A stretch of DNA of 64,000 nt from Ascidiella aspersa (taxonomy: Eukaryota). Location: NCBI GenBank assembly GCA_963924565.1, contig OZ004615.1:21514001-21578000 (forward strand), read 5' to 3'. Numbering within the stretch: the stretch's first letter is position 1; each line of letters opens with the position of its first letter. Position numbers and translations under genes: made by a program. Below are positions 26,360 through 38,009 of this stretch, piece after piece. The notes below the pieces were generated by a model. It saw only the letters and a list, made by a program, of their open reading frames with translations, did not search any database and had not been told where the DNA came from.

Positions 26360-26502
26360 GACGTATAAGAATATCAAAGTCCATACAGAAGTATAGGTAG
26401 CATCTTGAACGTTTCGAATAAGTCTTGATTTATTTTTAGATTTATTCGAAACTTTCAAAAAGCTATATACTTCTGTATGGGCTTTGACGTTCCTACTACG
26501 TC
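26360..26502. mobile_element. Fold-back MITE, same family
   Basis: gaatatcaaagtccatacagaagta / tacttctgtatgggctttgacgttc. Confidence 0.82.
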
Positions 26503-28949
26503 TCACTACAACGTCCTGTCGTCCAACCATTGTGGCTCCATAATTCCATATTCTTTGTCAATACACGAAATGCTGTCGCACTTGTCAATTCGGTAGGGAT
26601 TACATCCTCTGGAAAGTTTAGCGAATTGTATTTGGGGCTTTTTTGAACCTATTTGTTCCATTGTCCTTTGATTTTTGAAGTTTCACACAGAAAAACGGTC
26701 GTACGTCCTTAGCGACATTTAAGCTTGCCAACGATGCTCTGTCAACTGGGGTTAATAATCTGTTAATAGCCCAACAATTTTTTGGGCGTTCGGTATGCAT
26801 GGTTGCCGCTGCATTTGACTGCGGCATTTGTGGCGCATTTGGGCCGTTTAACCGTTAGTTATTAACTCAATCTTACTCGTGAACGAGATAAACCTTTTAA
26901 TGTGAATGACTTGATAAACAAGATCGTCTATAGTTCCTGTTGGTTTTGAGTCACTTGTTGCATGTTGTACGCCATCAATAAAATACTGCAGGTAGGCTAT
27001 CATAAGTATGGCATATGGTTACTAAAATTTGTTTTTTGCAGTTTTGTTGTTAAAAGTTGTCAAAACACAGTTTGGGAAGAGGGTGGCATGGTGCTAAATC
27101 CCTGTGCAAAACTTAGAACTCCATCACCAATATCATACTGTTTTGACTAAACATAGCTCAAATTGGCCATAATAGGTAGCAAATATTCTCCCATTCACCG
27201 ATAAACTATTAAAAAATTGTACAAGAATTATAAAAGGTTACATATATTGCAGTAGAGCTCGCTCCCCCCAAAAATTGATTGGCGCCGTCAGCCAACTGAC
27301 AAATAACTCGTTGGTTGCTTTAACGACCAAAAAAATGTCCTTAGTCTTTTACCTGAAAGCGACGAACTTGAAATATTTCACCAATTCACGACTTTTTTGA
27401 CGTTTTCTGTTAACGCACAACGCGTCTACGGTGACCCAACATAAAGAGGTTTAAACCATTTAAAATTCCCTTATACTGCCCTCGTCCGCTACCCAAATAT
27501 CGAAATATTAATTGCACAAGTTGAGCGTATTTCAGACCAAGTTATATAATGGACTTTTCCACGGACGACCGAAATTCGCAAACCGCTTCTCACAGCTATT
27601 GAATTGCTCCGTTTTGTTTGGTCGAGACGATCCTTAAATGGGCGCTTTTTTCTCGGCAATTTCCCGAACTGATTTTTGTATAACTAGACCCTCAAAATAG
27701 TTTACGGACTGCGATTTATTAACGTTGTGCCAATCCATTTCGTTTTGTTAGCGCAAATCTCTGCAATAAATAAGTTTGGTACGCTATGCCTGAAATAGTA
27801 TATATACCATGCAATTTATAATGTTGTAAGTTGTTTTGTCGTAAAAATACTACGTAAATGTGCTTGTTTTTATTAATGGGTTGTGCGAAATCTTGTCGAG
27901 AATTCAATACAATTTGTCTTTATGTAATGCAACCAACCCTATTTTGTTCAATTGAAATACCTGGAGAGAAACTGTGGGTAGGCTTATGGTGTGTTGCCAA
28001 GCGTTGTCCGCGAAAACGAATTTCAATGCAATCGCGACGCTTCAGATCTGCAATTTACTGATGCTTGTACACCTTGGCTCGGTCGCCTACCGTTCCTTCT
28101 GTAAATAATTTATACACGGTCTTGGACGCCACTTACGCTAGCTCCCCTTATCTTGGTACCAAGTTTATTCAGCCTACACAACACGGGAGTCGTTGTAGCG
28201 CGATCGCTCGCGAGACAACGATGGAGAGGCTGTTTTTGCGCAAAAGTTGCTAGCACTGTGGACTTCGTACGTCTGCAAAATCCCTGATTCAGGTTTTCAC
28301 ATCCACTGTGGTTTGAGCAATCAATTTACACCCAGTTAAGGAAACTAACGCGTGCAAGGCCACGACTTTGCAGCATGACATTACGTCATTTATAAGGCAC
28401 GGGGTGAGAAAAAATGACGGGTATTACCCTGAAGAACCGTATTTTGGCTTACCTGGAACATTCACACATCGAAAGGAATAGGTTTAGGCAACACTTTTAT
28501 ATACGGAATCCAATGAATCTGATAAACTTTTATTAATTCACAAAAATTAAGATTTTTTATGTTTTGTCCTATACTTATTGGCAGCCATTGTTCCTGTGGT
28601 AGTACGTGATGTTTTAGTTTACAGCTTGGTTAGCGTTAAATTGTTGCATCAGTCTCAAGGCTAAATAAGAATCTATAAAAAAGACATGTATATATGTCTG
28701 CATTATTATCAATGCTGAATTATAGGTTCCCTCTAATACTGCGAATCCCGCCCTGTCGGTTTTTGTTATTCCTTCGCAATTGCATCCAAACAAAGTTCGC
28801 CCTGGCGCCCTGTAGTACGTCACCAAACGGTGATCCGTCATAAATTTCGAACAGGCGACCAATCGAACGCGAGATTAGGCCTGGCAGTCATTAATAGACG
28901 GGCTGTAAATCGTTTAAACCAGATCGCCAGTCTATCAGTCTGTTCTTCC

Positions 28950-29433
28950 CAGTGTTGTATAGACTTAAGTCAATGACTTGAATTAAGTCTTTCTGGCAAA
29001 ATGACTTTACTTGTCTTAAGTTATTTGAGCAAAATTACTTTACTTGACTTAAGTCTTTTGAGCAAGTGACTTTGATTGAAATGAAGTTTTTTGTTTAAGC
29101 ATTTTTTTTTTATAAAATTGGGTTATTTATCTTAATTTTCACACATAAAACAATTTGATTGCTGTACGTAAGTTAGGTTTATGATATATTTTACTGGAGG
29201 TATTTCTCGTAATCGGACGATTTTATCAGACTTGTTGAAGTAGACTTGCTGTAATTATGACTTGGACTAAGCCTTGACTAAGCCTTGACTGAGCCTTGAC
29301 TTGGACAACTATTGACTTGGGCCGGAACTTGACTTTGTTGTTTATTCGAAAATACTTGACTTGGACTTGAGTTATTTTACGAATGACTTGACTGGGACTT
29401 CGGTCATTTCGAAATGACTTGTTTACAACACTG
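28950..29433 (+). mobile_element. hAT-type MITE with gacttg repeats
   Basis: TIR cagtgttgta / tacaacactg; many (t)gactt(g) units. Confidence 0.82.
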
Positions 29434-30642
29434 GTCCGTCCCGCTTTTAACCCGCTTTCACTAATTGGATTATTCGATCTTTTACGACCATGCATAGGTC
29501 AAACTCGCCTTTAGCCCAGCCTTTCGCTGGCGTCTTCCGCATTTCGAAGATGACAGGTTTATGATGACGGGTCGAAGCTTATGACAAGCGCCTTTATTGC
29601 AATATCTCCTGTAAGCTCAAAGGATAGATCTGGATCTCGATGTAATTTAAGTCAGTAGATTTATTTGTTTGTCGCCTGGCGGGTTGTTGGTAGTGATAGA
29701 CACGTTAAGAAATTTGATGTGCTTATCATCTGGTATATTTGAGTAACCTAGAAATGGAGGCGTGTTTATGTCTTCATGTTGCGATTTAAATGTTAAACGT
29801 AGAATATTAGCACAGTTTTAGTAATAGCAGTTATTGAGTTTAATTTGCCTTTAGATAAAATAGTTAGGACACTACTCAAATTGTTTCCGTGCCCAGAATT
29901 TGTCAAGCATATAAGATATTTGATAAAATCTCATGATCTTCGGTCGTATTTGTTTTAGGAAATTCACGTACGGCACATAAAATGAAGTAAGCTGTGTGGA
30001 CTTTTACCGGCACTGCTTGCTTTGCAGTAAATTTATAGAAACAACTAGCGGTAGATTTTGTAGAATAAGCAACGTATTTGAGTAGCAATATTTGTTGCCA
30101 GCGCATATACGCAAGCATGCTTCCTTCAAAGGTGCATCTTCTTAAACAAGACTGCCCGCCATTACCAGTCAGAGTAATCGCTGGCCGGCGCGAAGTGTGT
30201 AAGCACGCGATATTGCTCCCTGCAAACACTATTAAGTCCTCGCAAGCGATCGGCGGCCTTCGAAGCTTCTTAAGGCGCGGGAATTGATACAGGCTTAGCG
30301 CCCTGGCTTCTCTGTAGTTGGTCGTAGGGAAGCCCGCTTAGGTTTATTTGATGTTGCGCGCCGCCGCTGCCAGACAGACAGCGCCAAATGCGCTCACGCT
30401 TGTCAGTGAAGGCGCCGCGCATAAGACGCGAGACAACTTAGGAAAGACACGTGAAAAGTGACCTGGTATTGTGCTGCGCTGTTTAGGGTTTATCGGGCTA
30501 GGGCGGCAGGTTGGTTGCAATTACCTACTGCTGGCGCCCTTTGTCGTTACGTTAAAACAAGTCGATCATTCTAAGGAGCTAATTTAGCTTTAGTGTGAGG
30601 GGGTTATGTCCTGGGGATGGGGAATTGTGTTTGGTGCACTTG

Positions 30643-30880
30643 ACGCTTGTTTTGCTTTGTGAAATCGAGACACTTCCTCTGTATGTTTTGATAATTCTAA
30701 TGGGTATAAGAAAATTGAAGCCCAAGTATATCGTTACTCAGATTGAAGTATATTTATGATGACATTTTACGCTTGTTTTGCTTTGCGAAATTAAGACTCT
30801 AGCTCTGTATGTTAATAACTCTTATGGATATAAGAAAATTGAAGCCCAAGTTTATCGTTACTTAGGTTTACGTATGTTTA
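30643..30880. repeat. Tandem duplication, 126-bp period
   Basis: acgcttgttttgctttg..tataagaaaattgaagcccaagt occurs twice. Confidence 0.9.
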
Positions 30881-31648
30881 TTTGTGCTATTGACTTAAGT
30901 TATTAATTTGAGGAATAAATCGTCAAACAGTATGGTAACATCATACTAGCCGCCGCTTGTCTGCGATATTTATTAGTCATAGTTAATTAAATTGGTTTAG
31001 CAAATACTGGATGACGTAAATGCTCAACCAAAAGGCCAATACTGTTTACTTTGCTGCTATATCGTTCTAGTTTAAATGAAGGGAATCTTTAGCTTCCATG
31101 ACTATATAAAACGCGCCATGCTTCGAGTTTATTGCCGTGTCTACACACTTTCGTTTCTTTAAATTTCGCTTTAAAACATGTTTTCTGTTTTAAGCAAAGT
31201 TTTTTTCAGAAGGGTGAAAAAGTAATAAAAATACATAACGGGATCAGCTGCTTTTAACCTCACTATGCAAACTGTCGTGCCTACGTTATATTGGACTTTG
31301 TAGCGGTCATGTGTCACTACGCGGAGTCGGCAATAAGGAAGTGTGCGGTTGAGATGCAAGGGACAAATCAAATTGTGGAAGTGTAACCTCGCGATTACCC
31401 TGAATTCAAATTTCTGTGTACTTCATAGAGTACAGTGTATATACTATACATACGGGGCCATATCGATTGCACGAGATTTTAAAGTTTATCACGGTAACTA
31501 ACTATAATAAAGATCAGCAAAGCGTCGGTTTTTTTATTAACGTTTTAGTGTCATTTTCGCACGCGAGCCTTCTTGTTAGTCCCATAATAAAATACTCCAT
31601 TGACACGGGGCGCCCATAAATATTGTCATCCGTCCAATTGCTTTAATG

Positions 31649-32147
31649 CAGTGTTTCCCAATCTTGTAGTACATTAGTGGTACAAGAAGGTTTCCAAGCA
31701 GCTTTTAGGTTTTATGCAGATTTTTAAAATTAATGTTAGTTGTATTCTATACTCTTTGTCACCTTTAATCGATGAGAAGTATCTGCGGCTAGCCATATAG
31801 GAGAGAGTTTGTTTAACTATAAACTAAGTAAAATACTGAAGGACCAACGTGTCCAGGGCAATATTATTGCAATTATAGACCAAAATATGTTTGTGTACCA
31901 AACAAACAACAAAAGAAAAATCACAATGGACCACGTTCTAATAATATTGTCCTAACGAAGATTGCCCGAATAGGTCGTCGAAACGTTGGTACTTTAATAA
32001 AAGTTTGCCGTAAGAACAATTTTACAATTGAAAGAATGCCTGGCAGCAACAGTATATTCTCTACTTAATTTAACCCAAGTTTTTTTCTGTATGAAACCAA
32101 ATGGTACGCAGCGTCAGCAAGACAACTCTACGAGTAGCAAACCACTG
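31649..32147. mobile_element. hAT MITE containing a Penelope-like fragment
   Basis: cagtgtttc / aaaccactg; TSD ctttaatg / cttaaatg. Confidence 0.65.
31948..32001 (+). ncRNA. Decayed Penelope-type minimal hammerhead motif followed by AATAAA
   Basis: tgtc CTAACGA A GATTGCC cgaata GGTCGTC GAAAC GTT ggta ... aataaa. Confidence 0.5.
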
Positions 32148-32577
32148 CTTAAATGCAACTTTAATCGAGATATAGCAAATAGCTTTCGTGCGAAGAACCG
32201 ACATCCTCTGTACACGGGCCCGAAAATTATAAGGGTCGATCTAATAACCCACTACAGGATAGAGTTTCCCATATTTTATCCCCACCTGTTTCCCCCCTTT
32301 TATTATCACCCCACGGGTTCACAGTGGGTTAAGTTTCCGTCGCATTCCTGGAATTCGGCGAGCCTAGCTCGTTTTATTTGCTCCAGTGCTTCCATTGTCG
32401 CAGCTCTTGAGTTTCCAGCGAACTGGCGTTTTTTTGTTGCCTCTGTCTTGTTTTTGCCAGTGCGAGGGTTTTTCGCACATTTGCTCCTAAACGTTTCGCG
32501 TTAGAATTTTAGCCCGAGGTACAGACGTTATTGGTGTAATTGATTACTGAAACTTCGGAGCCTAATGGTTTGAGGTT

Positions 32578-32750
32578 GTAGTAAGACGCAATGAATATCA
32601 AAGACCATACAAAAGTAGGGAGCACTTTGAATGTTTCGAATAACTCTTTTTTCCTTTTAATCGTGTGTTGAAAATTAATAAAGAGTTGTTTGAAACGTTC
32701 AAAATAATATCTACTTCTGTATGGGCTTTGATATTCTTAATACGTATTAC
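32578..32750. mobile_element. Fold-back MITE, same family
   Basis: gaatatcaaagaccatacaaaagta / tacttctgtatgggctttgatattc. Confidence 0.82.
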
Positions 32751-33330
32751 TGAATTTTTTTTTAAGGTTCCAAGTTAGCGAGTCGTTATTTGTTAGTTTA
32801 GTTATCTGGAAAGGAAGTTTTAGTGATGATGGTCACATTTGCCTTATAGCAACAAAAATTTTTTAATCGACCTTCAACTTGTTAAAAAATGTAACAGAAA
32901 TATGAATGTAAGTTATCCTGTCAGTTTTGTGCTGATCATTAATTTAATGCACATAATATTTCGTGCTTGGAATAAGGCTAATTAAAATTATTCCGAATCT
33001 TCTCATAGTTTATGATATTAAAAGTTAAACAACCACTGGTGTTAATAGCTTCGCATTGCAGTTGTGCAAGTGTTAACTTGTGCTTTGCCGAAATCAGCTT
33101 TCATATTTAGTTCCAGTTTCTGTTTTCTTAACGTTAGGTTTGTTTAATCGGATTCTGTTTCTTAATGCAAAACTGCATCAAAATCCATCTCTGAATTCAT
33201 CTCTGATTGCTTTTAAACACACACATCTACAACGAAGGTATATACTACGTTTAGGCGATATACTTTTAAAAAACAAAACAAATCAATTCACGTGCGTCGT
33301 CCCTGATTTGATACACACTTGTAGTAAATA

Positions 33331-33507
33331 TACCGAAAGCTGTCGCAGACTCGTCGAATCTGATCAATGATGGAAGACAGGTTAGAAAAACAACTAGCAT
33401 GCGGTGAGGTTTAAACTCACGACCTCTGGTCATACCGGGCTAGTTGTTTTTCTAGTCTGCCTTGCTTGTATCGTTATTTCGGTGAGTCTGCGATAGCTTT
33501 CGGTGTA
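33331..33507. mobile_element. Fold-back element with a tRNA-derived centre
   Basis: ~68-bp inverted arms; centre on - strand reads agaggtc GTGAG TTTAAAC CTCAC (variable loop + T-arm). Confidence 0.65.
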
Positions 33508-33628
33508 CTATTGATACGGAAGCCGCAATCGTTGGTGAAAAGCACCTTCAGAAGAGCTAGATCTTAGTTATTGAACACATGTGTGTATATCGTGCTTTGT
33601 AGTAAACATGGTTCAGGAAACATTTACA

Positions 33629-33786
33629 TAATTTAGCTTGAATATGAATTGCAAGGCCAAAAAGGTCGAGTAGATCGACATCATCTCGATTAAGACGCTT
33701 CAATACGAGCTTGCATCATCTTCAGTTAATGTCGATCTACTCGACCTTTTTTACTTTGCAATTCATTATCAAGCTACATTACAGAT
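33629..33786. mobile_element. Palindromic element carrying a minimal hammerhead motif (- strand, 33689-33730)
   Basis: Arms tagcttga..tgaattgcaa..aaaaaggtcgagtagatcgacat / atgtcgatctactcgacctttt..ttgcaattca..tcaagcta; - strand ATTAA CTGAAGA T GATGC AAGCTC GTATT GAAG C GTC TTAAT. Confidence 0.7.
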
Positions 33787-33852
33787 CTGTACATAGAGAA
33801 CTTATTACCATATTTTTCGATAATGCTTTACCGGACTTCTTTGTTTCCGCAG

Positions 33853-35153
33853 AGCGACCCGCCCCAAACCCTCCCATCGATGGCTACGTCAACAATGACG
33901 TCAGCATCCGCTGACCCTTCCTCGCCGCGCTACCCTCACTTCCACGAGACCTCACCCGGCTTCTCTGTACCCGACTCGCGCACAGCTCAGCGCGCCAACG
34001 TCTTCACCCCAGCCTACGCGCATCCAATGCATCAGCCACAACAGATGGGCCGCTACGAGCAGCAGCTACACGAACAAAAGCTACAGCAACAACAACAACA
34101 GCAACAACAACAACACGACCAGGAGGTGCGCCGCTACGAACAGCAGCTGTACGAGCAGAGACAGCAACAGCAGAGGCAACAGGATCAGCTACATAAGCAA
34201 CAGAGACAGGAGTACGAGCAGGAGGTTATGCGGAGGCGGAGACATGGCCAGGAGGACCCGCAGAGGACGCGCTATGAGGAGGAGCTGGAGCAGGAGAGAC
34301 TGGACCAGCAGAAGTTGCAGCAGCAACAGCAGCGTCGGCACCGCGAGATACAGCAACAGCGAGACCAGGAACGCCTGCGATACGAGCAGGAGAAGATACA
34401 GCAACAGCAGCTGAATCTACAACAACAAAATTTACTGCAACAGCAGAATTCACATCAGCAGCAACAAGTGTTCAACTACGATCAACCAGTGCGACAGGAA
34501 AGGCTACAGCAACAAAGCCAACAGGCTCGAAATGTGCAACAGCAAAATCTACAACAGCAGCAAAATCTACAACAGCAGCAAAATCTACAACAGCAGCAAA
34601 ATCTACAGCAGCAGCGAAATCTACAGCAACCAAATCTACAGCAGCAAAATCTACAGCAGCAAAATCTACAGCAACAAAATCTACAGCAACCAAATCTACA
34701 GCAGCAAAATCTACAGCAGCAAAATCTACAGCAACAAAATCTACAGCAGCAAAATATACAGCAGCAAAATCTACAGCAACAAAATCTACAGCAGCAAAAT
34801 CTACAACTACAGAAACACGCTTTGGACGCGTTCAACTACGAGCAACAACTCCAGGAAGATTTGCTCCAAACGCAGCGAGAGGAGCGCCAGAGAGAGATCC
34901 AGCGTCGGAGGCGCGAAGAAGACTTGGACATCCTCCGGAGGCAGGAAGAACAGGAGAGGCTGCTCCTGAAGAGGAGGGAGTCGCAGTTCGATGAGCAGGA
35001 GAAGCAGCGGCAGAAGGAGAGAGAGCGCCAGGACAAGTTCCAGGAGGAGTTTGAGAACAAACAGAAGCTCCTCCGCGCCAACATGGATCCTCCGCGCGAT
35101 CCCGGACCCGCCCCTCTCGCATCACAGCTCCAGGAGCAAAAGAAGCGTCTGTC
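33853..35153 (+). CDS. TNS: Tensin exon E (1301 nt, Q/E/R-rich, with QQQNL repeats)
   Basis: Acceptor ttctttgtttccgcag, donor TC|gtaagt; phase 0-2; ORF 33823..35157. Confidence 0.88.
34537..34803 (+). repeat. Coding minisatellite (15/18-bp units) encoding about 17 Q(3-4)NL repeats
   Basis: ctacagcagcaaaat units; 34621-34680 and 34681-34740 are identical 60-mers. Confidence 0.97.
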
Positions 35154-36361
35154 GTAAGTAAAGAAATGTATATAATAATAAAATAGACTTCAATAATATC
35201 ATATGAACCTAAAGTTGTCTGTTTTGTACCGCAGTAACACCACCGCCTTATAAAACGAATCGACGGGCCCTGCGGGAATTTTTAAAATACTGTTAAATTG
35301 TCCGTTTAAAAGCAGAAAATCCCATATAGCTTTAATTTGGCCTATTAGCTTTTTAAGTAAGCAAAAAAACAATCATTTTAACAATTAAAGAGGTGCCCAT
35401 ACAAATGACTTACTTTAGTCGAGCTATCAAATGCTTTTTAATCTTGGAAACCCTAGTAGGATGTGCCCAACCAATGTGTCCTAAACCCCCCGCAGTTAAA
35501 AAAACTGATCTAGCGAGATGTAAGTTCGCAAAAAAGCTTATGCTAGTCCATATATAGTTGGCCACTTATCTTATCCGCTTATGATGAGGTCATCAAAAGG
35601 CACGCATGGCGAGCGTTGGGAAAAACACCATCGCCTGACGGATCGTCGTAAAAACGCGATCGCGCGATCGTTTTCGAGATGACGGAAGAGCGAAGATCTC
35701 AAGGCAAACATCAATAAACTTTCGCCGCCGCGCCTTAACCACATCGTACGATCCTCTTGGCAGTGTTCATTAGCCATCACTTATTCATGAGCTAACTGCC
35801 AGTCACCTCGTAAACGCGCCAGGGCGAAAATTGCCCCCGCTCTCTTGTTTTTGTTAAATGCGATATTAATAAGCTCGGTCGTTAAAAGGTGAAACTACAC
35901 GGTAGGCTGTTTGACTAAACGAAGTCTTGTACTACTGTTCGCTTTTGTTTGAATAATGAAACTTATAACTACAAAACGCAAGTCCGAGAAAAACAAATTG
36001 ACGATATGACCAGATTAATCCTATTAGGTGCCCTAAGCACTTACAATATTGCGGCACATAAAACTGTAATATAAAAATATTAAACAAGTAAATAAGTAAA
36101 TTGCAAAAAAAACAATGATTAGGATAGAAGAAATATAATGTGAATTCGACAGTAATTGGTTTATGGTGCCACTTACCCTGGATGCTGTAAGCACGTACTT
36201 ATTTCGCTTAATGGTTAATAGAGCCCTGATTACCCCCATTAAACCAATTTTCCCATTTCTAAAGTATAACCTTCGTGTTGTTTTTCTATCCTGGCCTTGC
36301 TTGCACTACGACAAACCTCCCCGTATATGCATCTTGTGTATTAATATTTGCAATTTTCCAG

Positions 36362-36606
36362 GCGTTCGAGCATTTCATCGCCGCCTGCAACCGCCACGTC
36401 ACCAGAACTGGCGTCACCGGTGACGTTGCGTGCCGACGCAGCATTTGCGTCACCGCCGCCCGTTGCGTCGCTTCCGGGCCGGGGTCAACCAGAGTTCAAG
36501 ACGCAGCCGGATTTGGCTCCGGATCTGCAGAGTCAACTGGACGACTTGGACCGATACATTGCACAGCTGACCAGCAGTGTTGCTGACCTGCCCGAAGTCC
36601 CCGCCG
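36362..36606 (+). CDS. TNS: Tensin exon F
   Basis: Acceptor caattttccag, donor GCCG|gtaatt; phase 2-1; DLQSQLDDLDRYIAQL resembles the tensin LD-like helix. Confidence 0.87.
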
Positions 36607-36798
36607 GTAATTGAGTTGATTTAGCTCGATAAAGGTTTAATGGTGCGTTTCTTTTGTTGTGCCACTGAAGTTTAAAGGGCGTGCTGTGGTTGTTTCGCCA
36701 CTTGAACTTAAACGGGGGACGAGCGTTGCTGACTGACTAATAGCAAAACGCTGGTAATGTCAAATATTGTGTATACAAGCTTCTATATTTATCTAGAC

Positions 36799-37095
36799 CA
36801 GGGGTTCTTAAACTGGGGTCCGTGAACTAGTTTTAGGGGGTCCAAGCCTAATTGAAATGTTACTGTAAAACTTCAATTTTTCTTAAGAATAAAACGGTTT
36901 TGTACGGACTGTTTATAAACTCCATTTCACTTTCACATAGTTTGGACCAAAATCAACAGATTTATGAAGTCTAATTGTATTGTAAGTCGTGAGTCAATTT
37001 ATGGCGTCCTATTTTAAATTTCCTCGCCTATCGTGCTCCCGCGAACCAAAAACAAATTTTAAGTGTTTGCGGTGAAAAAAGTTAAAGAACCCCTG
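36799..37095 (+). mobile_element. hAT MITE, caggggttcttaaac family
   Basis: TIR caggggttctt / aagaacccctg; flanks atctagac / ttctagaa. Confidence 0.88.
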
Positions 37096-37374
37096 TTCTA
37101 GAAGTTTAACCAGTGTCGAAACAAGTCAAATAGCTAAAAAATAACACAAAACACAACATTAGCAAGCAATTTGTTTTACGTGCAAATCTCTTTTTACTGT
37201 AAGCACTTCATTTTTTAACAAGTCATTGCCATAAGACGTCAAAACAAAACTCAAGTCTTAAGTATACTAATTATATAATTCATATTATAGACCATCAGTA
37301 TCCATTTTGTCTTCCAGCTTAGCAATACTTTCCACGGTATCACCATTTGTTAACTTTCGGCTTTTTATTCGCAG

Positions 37375-37501
37375 TCACCCCAAAAGTGCAACCTTCCCCG
37401 GCCAAAAGCGAAGTGGTAAGACGCAGACGTCGATCGTTCTCCATTGAGCTCGAGCGTAGATTGGATCCAAGCGTGCCGCTCACTCAAGGCGAACTTGCAA
37501 G
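37375..37501 (+). CDS. TNS: Tensin exon G
   Basis: Acceptor ctttttattcgcag, donor CAAG|gtgaga; phase 1-2; TPKVQPSPAKSEVVRRRRRSFSIELERRLDPSVPLTQGELA; internal alternative donor GTG|gtaaga at 37416. Confidence 0.8.
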
Positions 37502-38009
37502 GTGAGACTTTCTGGAAGCTGAATAAAAAAGTGCGATTAAAAAATTAATGCTACAATTTTGTTTTTCACTCAAGGCGAACTTGCAAGGTGAGACTTTTTG
37601 AAAGCTGAATAAAAAAACGCCATCATAAACTAACGCTAGAATTTTTGTGTTTGTTAAATAAACTATAACATGATTCCCGAATTGCCAAACTGAGCTATCG
37701 AATACCGTCGGAGTACGTGTCTTATACGGGTTTCTCCAATTGAGCATCGAAAATGTTAAATTGCGATGAATATAGATACACCTTTTTGTACACTAAATCT
37801 ATTTTTTAAACTGGTACCGCTTACTATATGTAATGCGTGTGTAGTACACACAAAAAGTAAGTCATATATTGCCAGTATCCAATTTGTCGAAAATCGTAAA
37901 TGATCGTAAAGGTAGAATGAATATCAAAGCCCTTACAAAAGAAACATTTGTAAACGCTTCGAATAATTCTTAAATCATTTTCAACATATTCGTACCAGTA
38001 CCTATATAC

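Noticed and set aside
28425-28465. CTGAAGA followed by GAACA, hammerhead-like
   Set aside because: No GAAA, no convincing stem II or stem I.
29226-29495. ORF with QVQV repeats
   Set aside because: Translation of MITE gacttg units.
32028-32504. 158-aa ORF
   Set aside because: TTG start inside a MITE, crosses its boundary, composition not protein-like.
34537-34803. CRISPR-like regular repeats
   Set aside because: Head-to-tail coding repeats without unique spacers, eukaryotic context, no cas genes.
34482-34835. Cys-rich - strand ORF (CCCRF)n and the SSKIY / VDFAA alternative frames
   Set aside because: Shadows of the QQQNL minisatellite; only the Q-rich frame has splice sites and phase continuity.
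35154-35185. Stop at the exon E donor plus AATAAA read as the gene end
   Set aside because: The gtaagt donor joins exon F in phase and tensin motifs continue downstream; AATAAA is common in AT-rich introns.
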